Shown piece after piece: positions 1-11,088 of a stretch of DNA of 32,000 nt; the stretch's first letter is position 1; the number at the start of each line of letters is the position of its first letter. Below the pieces are notes generated by a model. The model was not told where the DNA came from and ran no database searches. It saw nothing but the letters and a program-made list of their open reading frames with translations. The stretch is from Bacillus subtilis subsp. subtilis str. 168 (GTDB lineage: Bacteria; Bacillota; Bacilli; Bacillales; Bacillaceae): contig NC_000964.3 in assembly GCF_000009045.1 (NCBI RefSeq), positions 1,860,001 through 1,892,000 on the forward strand. Reading direction: 5' to 3'. The translations under genes were made by a program, and so were the position numbers.

Positions 1-13
1 ATGAAAGTGGCTG

Positions 14-370
14 TCAGCTGTGCTGGATATCAATTGTATATACTGCACGATCTGTTACGACCTTCAATCCTTCGTTTTCTTGGTGAATATGAAGCTCACC
101 TAATAAAGGAATCTCATAGGCATTTTGCGGAAGCGGTACGTTTCCGTCCTCAGTGAATGTTGTTCCTTCGCCTTCTAAAACAAGCTCTTCTTTCGCAACA
201 TAATCATCAGGATGATTCGTACTGCGTATAGCCACTTTTTGAAGGTGGAGAACAATCTGATCCAAGTCTGATATCTCTTCATCATGGGTCAATTCACCTT
301 TTCTAATATCAAGCGTCTGGCCGACTTTTGATTCCAGCCATTGAGAAAGCTGTGTATTCGTGTGTGCCAT
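14..370 (-). CDS. ymzB: Conserved hypothetical protein (118 aa from MAHTNTQ...), YmzB-like
   Basis: Minus-strand ORF 14..418. The internal ATG at 368-370 is preceded by an AAAGGAGG ribosome-binding site, so it is the preferred start. Confidence 0.75.
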   Translation of the reverse strand: MAHTNTQLSQWLESKVGQTLDIRKGELTHDEEISDLDQIVLHLQKVAIRSTNHPDDYVAKEELVLEGEGTTFTEDGNVPLPQNAYEIPLLGELHIHQENEGLKVVTDRAVYTIDIQHS

Positions 371-448
371 CAATATTCCTCCTTTTGATCTACACGATAC
401 TATTCCCAATTGCTGCATCTTTTACACGGGAAAGAGCCGCCCCACTCT

Positions 449-1291
449 TTATGTATGAAACAGTTCGCTGTTGAGTGCCTTGATATAGCGTACGGCAGAA
501 CGCTGGACCGATTCGTCGGCATTTTCTTTGACAACTTTAGAGAAAGCATTGTAAAGCCGGTTGAATTGAAGCGGTTTTACTTTGGCTGCTATTTCTTCAA
601 CTTTGGAGGCGGGAAGGGGAATGAGATTTGGGTAGCTGTACATAAAGCTGACCCAGTTTCGATCCGCCGCAACCGTAATGATATCTCCGGTCAATAGACA
701 GCCTTTCCCTTCATTGCCCTTGCTCCAATGCAAAACAGCACCGCCTTTAAAATGTCCGCCCAGTCGGTAAAGGTCCAGTCCCGGCTTCATATTGAGCGTT
801 TCCCCTGACCAGAAGTGAATGTGATTGCTTGGCCTTGTCACCCATTCTTTATCATCCTCATGGATATAGATCGGCGCCTGAAACGCTTCAGCCCACTCAA
901 CCTGAGTAGAGTAATAATGTGGATGAGACAAGGCGATGGCTTGAATACCGCCTAATTCGTTGATTTGGTCAATTGTCTTTTGGTCAAGATATGTCATGCA
1001 ATCCCACAGCACATTGAAGCCCTTATGCTGAATAAGATGGGCTGTTTGTCCAATCGCAAACTCTGGTTCAGTTTTGATGCTGTAAAGATGCTCTTCTTCC
1101 TTTTTAAGGATGTTTTGAAGGTTTCCTTTCTCACGCATGTCTTCAAGGGTTGTCCAAGTTTGTCCATCGGGATGAATATACTGTCTTTCATCCTCGCAAA
1201 TCAGACACGAGTTGGGCGGATCTACAGTCTGTGCATGTTGCACACCGCATGTATTGCAGATATAATATGGCACTTTCTTCACTTCCTTCAT
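449..1291 (-). CDS. ymaE: MBL-fold metallo-hydrolase with N-terminal CxxC...CxxC zinc-ribbon-like motif (YmaE)
   Basis: 280 aa ORF. N-terminus YYICNTCGVQH...NSCLICEDERQ; HPHYYS and LLTGDII motifs fit the beta-lactamase fold. Confidence 0.8.
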   Translation of the reverse strand: MKEVKKVPYYICNTCGVQHAQTVDPPNSCLICEDERQYIHPDGQTWTTLEDMREKGNLQNILKKEEEHLYSIKTEPEFAIGQTAHLIQHKGFNVLWDCMTYLDQKTIDQINELGGIQAIALSHPHYYSTQVEWAEAFQAPIYIHEDDKEWVTRPSNHIHFWSGETLNMKPGLDLYRLGGHFKGGAVLHWSKGNEGKGCLLTGDIITVAADRNWVSFMYSYPNLIPLPASKVEEIAAKVKPLQFNRLYNAFSKVVKENADESVQRSAVRYIKALNSELFHT

Positions 1292-1383
1292 CTATTTTCC
1301 ATTATTTTACCTTATGATTATGAATATTCAAACGAAAAAACCGGCAGTTCTGCTGAGAGAGAATTGCCGGCTTTTGATGATGT

Positions 1384-2712
1384 TTATTGGCCGGGAACGG
1401 AATTTTCTGCGTTGACAGCGCCCGCTCCGTAGATATTCGGATCTTCATCTTTCCATTTGTCCGTGCCGTTTTTCAAAAGCTCTTTTACTTCATCAGGGGT
1501 AAGATCCGGGTTTTGCTGAAGAATTAAAGCTGCGATTCCTGCGCAAATCGGTGTTGCCATCGAGGTTCCTGACATTGTAAAGTACTGAGACCCTACACGG
1601 CTTGACTTTTGGAGCTTATCAATATAAGAATTCGGAGAGCGAAGGGAAATAATATTAACACCCGGCGCTAAAATATCGGGCTTTTCTTTCCCGTATACTG
1701 TCGGGCCGCGGCTTGAGAAGGAAGCGACAGTATCATCATCGCTGCTTGCAGTATTGTTATCGTCAAGCGCACCTACTGTAATCACCTTTTCGCTCACGCC
1801 CGGGCTTGCAATGGTCTGCGAATCAGGGCCTGAGTTTCCGGCAGCGACACAGACGACAATCCCTGCGCTCCACGCTTCCTCAACCGCTCTGACTAACGGA
1901 TCTTCCTGTTCATGATCATATCTAAGGGCATCGCCCCCGAGCGACATGCTCATAATATCAATCGGTTCATCGGGGTTGTCCTCATTGTATTGAATACACC
2001 ACTCAACACCCTCTATAATATCTGCTAACGTTCCTGAACCCTGCTTGTTTAATACCTTTACGCCGATGAGATTGGCTTCCGGTGCAGGTCCGCGGTATTG
2101 ACCGGAAGAGGATGCACCGCTGCTTGCGACATCACCTGCACAGTGTGTGCCATGACCATTATCATCGTACGGCTCTGTTTTTTGATTGACCATGTCCGCG
2201 AATCCGATAATTCTTCCTTCTAGATCAGGATGCGGGTAGATTCCTGTATCGACAACAGCGACAGTAACACCTTTTCCTGTCAGGGTTTGCCCGTTTCTGA
2301 CGACTTCCTTCGCATGGCTTGCTTCGGTTGCCGTGTCTAAAAGCGCTTTGACTTCGCGGTTTAAATACACTTTACGGATATTGCTGCATTCAGAGAGAAG
2401 GGAATGTAATGCTGAAGGAGTAACCTCGGCGCTGCAGCAGTTGATTTTGTTGAAGCGGCTTTTTAGCTTGCTGCGTTTTTCTTTTTGCAGCACCTCTCCA
2501 GCCATTTGAAAGCCGGTCTCGTGACAGCCTTCCTCAAATTCGATAATGACTGACATTTTTTTTCTGTTTTGCAATTTGGTTTCGAAAAATTTATGCAAGA
2601 AGCAAGGAGTCCATTTGAAGGGCTTGTAAAGTTGCAATACGGTTTCCCGTAACGGCCAATCTAGCTTGTGAGCATTTGCTCTCACCATTTGTACCATAGA
2701 GTACCCAAACAT
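1384..2712 (-). CDS. aprX: Intracellular subtilisin-family serine protease AprX
   Basis: 442 aa. Subtilase catalytic blocks VAVVDTGIYPHPDL, DDNGHGTHCAG and GTSMATPICAG. Confidence 0.97.
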   Translation of the reverse strand: MFGYSMVQMVRANAHKLDWPLRETVLQLYKPFKWTPCFLHKFFETKLQNRKKMSVIIEFEEGCHETGFQMAGEVLQKEKRSKLKSRFNKINCCSAEVTPSALHSLLSECSNIRKVYLNREVKALLDTATEASHAKEVVRNGQTLTGKGVTVAVVDTGIYPHPDLEGRIIGFADMVNQKTEPYDDNGHGTHCAGDVASSGASSSGQYRGPAPEANLIGVKVLNKQGSGTLADIIEGVEWCIQYNEDNPDEPIDIMSMSLGGDALRYDHEQEDPLVRAVEEAWSAGIVVCVAAGNSGPDSQTIASPGVSEKVITVGALDDNNTASSDDDTVASFSSRGPTVYGKEKPDILAPGVNIISLRSPNSYIDKLQKSSRVGSQYFTMSGTSMATPICAGIAALILQQNPDLTPDEVKELLKNGTDKWKDEDPNIYGAGAVNAENSVPGQ

Positions 2713-2870
2713 GTATTTTCCTCCTATTATAAGGTTCTCTGTATACTCTATGAACAGATGATAGGTTTGGTAAGTTTGTTTGTCCTCTGTAAGAGACAGA
2801 CAAGAGTTTGTTTTTCTGAATCTTTCGCATTAGATACGATAGATTCAGAAGCTGAGGAAATCATTGGGGA

Positions 2871-2900
2871 TTGAAAAAGAACGTTTGTTCGTATTATAAT
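2871..2900 (+). promoter_or_regulatory. Predicted sigma-A promoter with LexA (DinR)-like box in the spacer
   Basis: -35 TTGAAA (2871-2876), 18 nt spacer, -10 TATAAT (2895-2900). AGAACGTTTGTTCG at 2878-2891 is close to the B. subtilis SOS box CGAACRNRYGTTYG (GAAC-N4-GTTC core). Confidence 0.65.
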
Positions 2901-2936
2901 GTGATCATATCAAACTGGGAAGGGGAGAGCAACCGT

Positions 2937-3168
2937 ATGAATTTCTACTTGCACCGATCTTTGGAAAGCCAAATGCCAATCAGCATTATATATGAAGAAA
3001 GACGGAACGATTAGTAAAAGAACGATTATTGTGAGACAGAAAAGCAAAACGAAAATCAAAGCATTTTGTTTTTCGAAACAACAGATCAGAACATTTTTAT
3101 TGGACTCTATCCTCTCCTGTGATTTTGTGAGAACAAATAAGCAAAATCTCTATTCTGCAGGCCGGTAA
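2937..3168 (+). pseudogene. Frameshifted small ORF: MNFYLHRSLESQMPISIIYEE(RRND*) in one frame, continuing as (MK)KDGTISKRTIIVRQKSKTKIKAFCFSKQQIRTFLLDSILSCDFVRTNKQNLYSAGR in the next
   Basis: ATG 2937 with GGGGAGAG upstream stops at TAG 3012-3014. The +1 frame from 2992 is open to TAA 3166-3168. The two halves read as one WYL/YolD-era-style small beta-rich protein (family inference). Confidence 0.6.
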
Positions 3169-3447
3169 CAGCTGTCCGTCTCAGCAACCGGGCAGCCTGT
3201 TACTAAAACCCTCCTTAAACCTATATACATTTATTTGCCAAGTGAGGTTGTTCCTACCTTTTTTGTCTTTCCTCTCAACCTTTTTTCACTCTTATTTGAA
3301 ATGAACCGCTAATAACCGTGACAATCAATTGATTTTTTGAAACCGGGAACTTTTTCACTGATGATATTGTGTATACAATGGTAAGATAAAACCTATTGGC
3401 TAAACCTCATATAATGAACCGCGCCATTCTTATGAAAGGAGTTAAAC

Positions 3448-4155
3448 ATGAGAAGATTTTTACTAAATGTCATATTAGTCTTAGCCATTGTCTTGTTCTT
3501 GAGATATGTTCATTACTCATTGGAACCAGAACCATCAAATCAGCCAGATACATATTCAAATTTCAGCAGCTTGGCAGAGAATGAGAGCCCAGCCGATTAC
3601 GATATTTCATATAATGAGAAAAAAGGAAGCAAAGTCTTAATTATGTCTCCGCATGGCGGAAGAATTGAAGGCGGAGTAAGTGAGCTTGTGCGTTATTTCA
3701 ATAATGAATACTCTACATACCTATTTGAAGGGTTGAAGTCCCATGATAACCAAACACTGCACATTACAAGCACCAACTTTGATGAGCCATTGGCAAAAAA
3801 GAAAATCAAGGAGCATCAATATGTGGTGGCTTTTCACGGATATAAAGGAGAGAACAAGAATACCCTTGTAGGGGGAACAGACCGAAAGCGGGCGAAAATG
3901 ATTGTGAGAGCCCTTGAGCGGAGAGGGTTTTCCGCTGAGTTAGCGTCGTCTAAAAGCGGTCTTGCTGGATTGAATGCCGAAAACATTAATAACCAAGGGG
4001 AAACGGGGCTAAGTATCCAGCTGGAAATCAGCCGTGAGCAGAGAGAAGCATTTTTTGATGATTTTTATTATAAAAATAGAAAATACACAAAGAACAGTGA
4101 ATTTTATGCTTATGTCAGTGCGATCAAAGGTGTCCTGGAAAAAGAGTATTCGTAA
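3448..4155 (+). CDS. ymaC: Membrane-anchored poly-gamma-glutamate hydrolase family protein (YmaC)
   Basis: 235 aa. N-terminal hydrophobic helix, then SPHGGRIEGGVSELV, VAFHGYKG and SIQLEIS motifs of the zinc-dependent PGA hydrolase/DUF867 family. Confidence 0.8.
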   Translation: MRRFLLNVILVLAIVLFLRYVHYSLEPEPSNQPDTYSNFSSLAENESPADYDISYNEKKGSKVLIMSPHGGRIEGGVSELVRYFNNEYSTYLFEGLKSHDNQTLHITSTNFDEPLAKKKIKEHQYVVAFHGYKGENKNTLVGGTDRKRAKMIVRALERRGFSAELASSKSGLAGLNAENINNQGETGLSIQLEISREQREAFFDDFYYKNRKYTKNSEFYAYVSAIKGVLEKEYS

Positions 4156-4224
4156 CAAGCAGATCAGAAGACAAAATAAGAGAAGATCAGTAGACTGAAA
4201 TAGGATAAAAAAGGAGGCAAAACA

Positions 4225-4677
4225 ATGGCAGATCATCATTTTTATTTAAAAGCGAACTGGCCGGGTAACCGTAATGATGTCGGTACGATCGAAAGCGGAA
4301 ACCTGATCACATCGATTTCCATTCCTAAAGAAATGGATGGCCCGGGAGAAGGGACCAACCCAGATGAAATGCTTCTCGGGGCGGCAGCGACCTGTTACAT
4401 TATTACACTTGCAGCGATGATGGAGAGAAGCGGGCTGGAAAAAGAAGACTTACAGATGGAGTCAGAAGGCATTGTCAACGTTACAAAAGGAGTCTTTACA
4501 TACAAAAAGATCATTCACCGTCCCTCTGTCGTGCTTAAACATGATGCTTCACAAGACGACGTCGCATTGGCGCACAAACTTTGTAAAAAAGCGGAGTCGT
4601 CATGCATGATTTCGCGTGCAATTCAAGGAAATGTCGAGCTGCAGCTTGAAGCCTCTGTGAAACTGGGTGGAGAATAA
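4225..4677 (+). CDS. ymaD: OsmC/Ohr-family peroxiredoxin (YmaD)
   Basis: 150 aa. AATCYIITLAAM and ESSCMISRAIQGN cysteine motifs of OsmC/Ohr proteins. GGAGG upstream of ATG 4225. Confidence 0.85.
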   Translation: MADHHFYLKANWPGNRNDVGTIESGNLITSISIPKEMDGPGEGTNPDEMLLGAAATCYIITLAAMMERSGLEKEDLQMESEGIVNVTKGVFTYKKIIHRPSVVLKHDASQDDVALAHKLCKKAESSCMISRAIQGNVELQLEASVKLGGE

Positions 4678-4680
4678 AGA

Positions 4681-4715
4681 AAACAGACGGTCACTCACAG
4701 GCCGTCTGTTTTTTA
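4681..4715. terminator. Bidirectional Rho-independent terminator between ymaD and ebrB
   Basis: AAACAGACGG-loop-CCGTCTGTTTTTTA inverted repeat. It overlaps the 3' end of ebrB. Confidence 0.85.
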
Positions 4716-5050
4716 TCTTCAGCGTGGGCTTTCGATTGATTTAGCACGACCACGCCTGCAATGACAAGCGTGAGACCGAATACACCTTTTAAACTGATGG
4801 TTTCGCCAAAAAGCAAAAACCCGACAATTGCTGTAAGCGCGGTACCAACGCCCGACCATGTTGCATACGCGCTTGATAAGTCAATTGTTTTTAAAGAAAA
4901 GCTTAGAAACGTAAAAGCAGAAAGAAATCCGACTATGACTCCGGCAATGGGCCAGGCTTGTGTAAATCCTTCTGAAAGCTTCAACATCGTGCTCCCAAAC
5001 ACTTCAGATACAATGGCGAGAGCCAAATAAAGCAATCCTCTCATCTTCAT
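4691..5050 (-). CDS. ebrB: SMR-family multidrug efflux subunit EbrB (start 5044 or 5050)
   Basis: Four TM helices, conserved SMR signature (AYATWSGVGTALTAIVGFLLFGE), paired with the adjacent SMR gene. Confidence 0.93.
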   Translation of the reverse strand: MKMRGLLYLALAIVSEVFGSTMLKLSEGFTQAWPIAGVIVGFLSAFTFLSFSLKTIDLSSAYATWSGVGTALTAIVGFLLFGETISLKGVFGLTLVIAGVVVLNQSKAHAEDKKQTACE

Positions 5051-5057
5051 CACTCCT

Positions 5058-5378
5058 TTACGGCCAATTAAGTAACACGACCCCTGATAGTAATAAAAGA
5101 ATCCCGATAAGCCCTTTGGCATTCAGATCTTCCTTGAACCATTTTACTCCGATCACTGTCGTCAGCACCGTGCCTGCCCCGCTCCAAGTCGCATAGGAGA
5201 GGCTCAGGGGAATATGGTTTAAAGTCAGGGACAGCATATAAAAGGCGAGGGAATAGCCAATAACGACCAAAGCACTTGGCTTCCACTTTTTGAAGCCATC
5301 AGATACTTTCAGCATGGCTGCTCCTATCGATTCCGAACATATGGCAATCGTGAGGAATATATATCCTATCAACATCAT
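5058..5378 (-). CDS. ebrA: SMR-family multidrug efflux subunit EbrA
   Basis: Heterodimeric SMR partner: MLIGYIFLTIAICSESIGAAMLK...SYATWSGAGTVLTTVIG. Confidence 0.93.
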   Translation of the reverse strand: MMLIGYIFLTIAICSESIGAAMLKVSDGFKKWKPSALVVIGYSLAFYMLSLTLNHIPLSLSYATWSGAGTVLTTVIGVKWFKEDLNAKGLIGILLLLSGVVLLNWP

Positions 5379-5480
5379 GAATTCTCCTCACTATATTTTT
5401 AGATTAGAAAAAAAACTTCAGCTAGAAAAATATTAGTGTATGCCTATGTATGAGTCAAGAGATTCATTTTCACACACTTA

Positions 5481-5507
5481 AAAAGACCCCTTTTTAAGGG
5501 GTCTTTT
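5481..5507. terminator. Terminator between ebrA promoter region and ymaG
   Basis: AAAAGACCCCTTTTTAAGGGGTCTTTT near-perfect palindrome. Confidence 0.85.
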
Positions 5508-5511
5508 GCGT

Positions 5512-5787
5512 TTAATAATAAAAAGGGAACGGGGCATACGGATAATAGGGGTATCCGCCATACAAATAAGGATTAAATAAAGCGCTTCCTATAAGCCCGC
5601 CTGCAAGGCCGCCGATAAACGGTCCTCCAAAAAATCCGAATGGCCGGCCAAACCCATAACCAAATCCGGGTCTTCCAAACCCGTAACCGAACCCGAACGG
5701 TCTTCCAAACCCAAATGGTCTCCCGAATCCGAACGGCCTTCCAAATATTCTTGTATCTTCAGGGCTGAAATGCTCTAACTCGTTCAT
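5512..5787 (-). CDS. ymaG: Gly/Phe/Pro/Tyr-rich low-complexity protein YmaG (91 aa)
   Basis: ORF track starts at 5883, but ATG 5785-5787 with GGAGG is the best start. Tandem FGRPFGFG repeats, then a YPYYPYAPFPFYY C-terminus. Confidence 0.8.
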   Translation of the reverse strand: MNELEHFSPEDTRIFGRPFGFGRPFGFGRPFGFGYGFGRPGFGYGFGRPFGFFGGPFIGGLAGGLIGSALFNPYLYGGYPYYPYAPFPFYY

Positions 5788-5875
5788 GTTTTCTTTCCTC
5801 CTGTAATAAAGTGTAGATGATGCAGTGTATTCACCCTGCCCGGATTTGATTGGGCGAATCGAGGAAAAGGAGGAT

Positions 5876-6289
5876 GTGAACACATTGGGCCTGTATCAGT
5901 CTGACTGGTCAAAAGCACCGCCCCACGCACATGCTTATCATGTCAAAACAACGAGAGAACAGGGCCATTATCATCTCATCGAAGGGTTTACTCAGCCGGC
6001 AAACGGATCAAATACCGATCAGCATACACATTACTATACAGGGATCACTTCATTTGAAAACGGCCATTTTCATCGGTATTACGGAATCTCAGGACCGGCG
6101 ATTCCCTTAGCAGATGGCACACATTATCATGAAATCGAAGAAACGACGTATCTGGCCTATAACGAGCCGATTGAGATCCAGTACGGAGGGGTTGTGTACG
6201 ATCCCGGAGATGACAGAAGAAAAACGCATCGTCATACCCTGAAAGGAAAGACAAGGGAAATTGTCGGCAATGAGCCGCTCGGCTGGTAG
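5876..6289 (+). CDS. ymaF: YmaF-family protein (GTG start, 137 aa), histidine-rich
   Basis: AAAAGGAGG precedes GTG 5876. Repeating H-x-H/HxHYY motifs (HAHAYHVKTT, HTHYYTGIT, HFHRYYGIS, HYHEIEETT). Confidence 0.8.
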   Translation: MNTLGLYQSDWSKAPPHAHAYHVKTTREQGHYHLIEGFTQPANGSNTDQHTHYYTGITSFENGHFHRYYGISGPAIPLADGTHYHEIEETTYLAYNEPIEIQYGGVVYDPGDDRRKTHRHTLKGKTREIVGNEPLGW

Positions 6290-6388
6290 AAGGATGTTTA
6301 CCGATGCAAAAAAAGGGCAAAATGGATAGGTGGTTGTCCATGTTGAATGCTATAATGGGGGGAGATTTATAAAAGAGAGTGATACATA

Positions 6389-7333
6389 TTGAATAATACG
6401 AAGCAGCCCGTTGTCATTTTAGTCGGACCGACGGCAGTGGGGAAAACCAATTTAAGTATTCAGCTAGCCAAATCCTTAAACGCGGAAATTATCAGCGGAG
6501 ATTCGATGCAGATTTATAAAGGGATGGATATTGGAACAGCTAAAATTACCGAACAGGAGATGGAGGGAGTGCCCCATCATCTGATTGACATTTTAGATCC
6601 CCAAGACTCTTTCTCTACTGCCGATTATCAAAGCTTAGTAAGAAATAAAATCAGCGAGATTGCAAATAGAGGAAAGCTTCCGATGATTGTCGGCGGTACA
6701 GGGCTTTATATACAATCTGTGCTTTACGATTATACATTTACGGAAGAGGCAAATGATCCCGTGTTTCGAGAGAGCATGCAAATGGCTGCTGAGCGGGAAG
6801 GCGCTGACTTTCTTCATGCCAAACTTGCTGCAGCAGATCCCGAGGCAGCAGCTGCGATTCATCCGAATAATACAAGAAGAGTCATTCGCGCACTGGAAAT
6901 TTTACATACGTCCGGAAAAACGATGTCCCAGCATTTGAAGGAACAAAAACGAGAACTTCTGTACAATGCAGTGTTAATTGGCCTGACAATGGATAGAGAC
7001 ACGCTTTACGAAAGAATTAATCAGCGGGTCGATTTGATGATGCAGTCAGGCCTTCTTCCGGAAGTGAAACGCTTATACGACAAGAACGTGAGAGACTGTC
7101 AATCAATACAGGCGATAGGCTATAAAGAGCTGTATGCATATTTTGACGGTTTTGTGACACTTTCCGATGCTGTCGAACAGCTAAAGCAGAACTCGAGGCG
7201 GTATGCGAAACGCCAGCTGACGTGGTTTCGCAACAAAATGCAGGTCACATGGTTCGATATGACACCGCCTGTTGATATGGAGCTGAAAAAAAAGGAAATT
7301 TTCACACATATAGCAGGAAAACTCGAACTTTAA
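6389..7333 (+). CDS. miaA: tRNA dimethylallyltransferase MiaA (TTG start)
   Basis: 314 aa. P-loop [39 protein letters not shown]. Confidence 0.98.
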   Translation: MNNTKQPVVILVGPTAVGKTNLSIQLAKSLNAEIISGDSMQIYKGMDIGTAKITEQEMEGVPHHLIDILDPQDSFSTADYQSLVRNKISEIANRGKLPMIVGGTGLYIQSVLYDYTFTEEANDPVFRESMQMAAEREGADFLHAKLAAADPEAAAAIHPNNTRRVIRALEILHTSGKTMSQHLKEQKRELLYNAVLIGLTMDRDTLYERINQRVDLMMQSGLLPEVKRLYDKNVRDCQSIQAIGYKELYAYFDGFVTLSDAVEQLKQNSRRYAKRQLTWFRNKMQVTWFDMTPPVDMELKKKEIFTHIAGKLEL

Positions 7334-7372
7334 TCGAAACTGTATGATATAGAGAATCAAGGAGGACGAAAC

Positions 7373-7594
7373 ATGAAACCGATTAATATTCAGGATCAGT
7401 TTTTGAATCAAATCCGGAAAGAAAATACGTATGTCACTGTTTTTTTGCTGAACGGCTTTCAGTTGCGGGGCCAGGTGAAAGGCTTTGATAACTTTACCGT
7501 ATTGTTGGAATCGGAAGGTAAGCAGCAGCTTATATATAAACATGCGATCTCAACGTTTGCGCCGCAAAAAAACGTCCAGCTTGAACTCGAATAG
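7373..7594 (+). CDS. hfq: RNA chaperone Hfq
   Basis: 73 aa. [13 protein letters not shown]...[26 protein letters not shown] and YKHAIST. Confidence 0.98.
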   Translation: MKPINIQDQFLNQIRKENTYVTVFLLNGFQLRGQVKGFDNFTVLLESEGKQQLIYKHAISTFAPQKNVQLELE

Positions 7595-7626
7595 ATCAAA
7601 AAATGCCATGTCAAGACATGAGGAAA

Positions 7627-7656
7627 GGCTGTCGGGGGTTCCCGGCGGCCATTTTT
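7627..7656 (+). terminator. Rho-independent terminator downstream of hfq
   Basis: GGCTGTCGGG-GGTT-CCCGGCGGCC (10 bp stem, two G-U pairs) followed by ATTTTT. Confidence 0.75.
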
Positions 7657-7696
7657 AACATGAATCCACTTTTGCTCCAAGCTTTTTGTGTAAGCT

Positions 7697-7723
7697 GACC
7701 ATGCCAAGGCACGGTCTTTTTTT
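7697..7723 (+). terminator. Second hairpin/terminator upstream of ymzC
   Basis: GACCATGCC-AA-GGCACGGTC followed by a T run. Confidence 0.6.
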
Positions 7724-7789
7724 ATGAGAACAACATACGGAAGTAAAAATGGTATATTATGTATAAAATGAATTTGGGAGTGATCGATC

Positions 7790-8062
7790 TTGTTTGAAAG
7801 TGAAGCAGAACTGAGACGAATCAGGATTGCACTTGTATGGATAGCTGTCTTTTTACTGTTCGGGGCGTGCGGGAATCAAGATACCATTATTGAAACAGAC
7901 AACGGCAATTCAGACTATGAAACGCCTCAGCCCACCTCGTTTCCACTTGAACATAACCATTTTGGCGTTATGGAGGACGGCTATATCAAAATTTATGAGT
8001 ATAATGAGTCCCGCAATGAGGTAAAGCTGAAGAAAGAATACGCGGATGATGAGCTTGAATAA
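7790..8062 (+). CDS. ymzC: Small membrane-anchored protein YmzC (90 aa, TTG start)
   Basis: TGGGAG RBS upstream of TTG 7790. N-terminal hydrophobic segment, acidic C-terminus. Confidence 0.75.
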   Translation: MFESEAELRRIRIALVWIAVFLLFGACGNQDTIIETDNGNSDYETPQPTSFPLEHNHFGVMEDGYIKIYEYNESRNEVKLKKEYADDELE

Positions 8063-8143
8063 AATTCACAAGCATTCGAATTTACAAAGCGGATGCCAGC
8101 CGCTAAACTAAATACAGACACAGATCAAACAGAGGGTGAAAAC

Positions 8144-8374
8144 ATGAAGCATAAAGTGATCGTGAATCATTGGGAAGAAATTTGCGAAGATGATTCTTGC
8201 TATGAATACGGAACAAGTATCATTGTGAACGGAAAAGAATTAATCAGAGAAGCGTCAATTATCACTGCTTTGAAGGCGGTTTTAGAAGAGATCGGCGCGG
8301 ATGTTGAAATAGAAGAAACAGTAGAGAGCGAAAAATGCTGTGATAGCTTAAGAAAAAAAAATCTAGACTACTAA
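8144..8374 (+). CDS. ymzA: Small conserved hypothetical protein YmzA (76 aa)
   Basis: ORF track starts at 8093, but ATG 8144 (MKHKVIVNHWEE...) follows GAGGGTGAAAAC and is a more plausible start. Confidence 0.7.
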   Translation: MKHKVIVNHWEEICEDDSCYEYGTSIIVNGKELIREASIITALKAVLEEIGADVEIEETVESEKCCDSLRKKNLDY

Positions 8375-8422
8375 GCAGTTTTTTTTCATGTTATGATATA
8401 CATCGGCTAAAAACGACACCCC

Positions 8423-8463
8423 GAGTAGGACGAGAGATGATTCTCGTTCTGCTCTCTTTTTTG
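8423..8463 (+). terminator. Rho-independent terminator downstream of ymzA
   Basis: GAGTAGGACGAGA-GATGAT-TCTCGTTCTGCTC (13 bp with G-U pairs) followed by TCTTTTTTTT. Confidence 0.85.
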
Positions 8464-8524
8464 GGCCCTAATGAGTCTGCCCGTTTGCCTGATTTGATCA
8501 AAATATGAATTTTTCATAAAAACG

Positions 8525-8573
8525 AATCTATATATTGTGTTTTTGCTAGAGGGTAGTATACTATATATAGTGT
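8525..8573 (+). promoter_or_regulatory. Tandem NrdR boxes upstream of nrdIEF
   Basis: AATCTATATATTGTGT (8525-8540) and ATACTATATATAGTGT (8558-8573) match ACACWATATATWGTGT at 14/16 and 15/16. Start-to-start spacing is 33 nt. Confidence 0.85.
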
Positions 8574-8613
8574 TAGTGATGAGAGATTCATATTTTTTGA
8601 TAGGTCGTGATAA

Positions 8614-11071
<2,458 letters not shown>

Positions 11072-11088
11072 TTAAAGGAGAGTTTATA

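Noticed and set aside
965-1432. Plus-strand 155-aa ORF antisense to ymaE/aprX 3' end
   Set aside because: Overlaps two supported minus-strand genes; low-complexity hydrophobic shadow translation with no RBS.
7459-7707. Minus-strand 82-aa ORF opposite hfq 3' end
   Set aside because: Composed of hairpin and hfq antisense sequence; no start context or recognisable domain.
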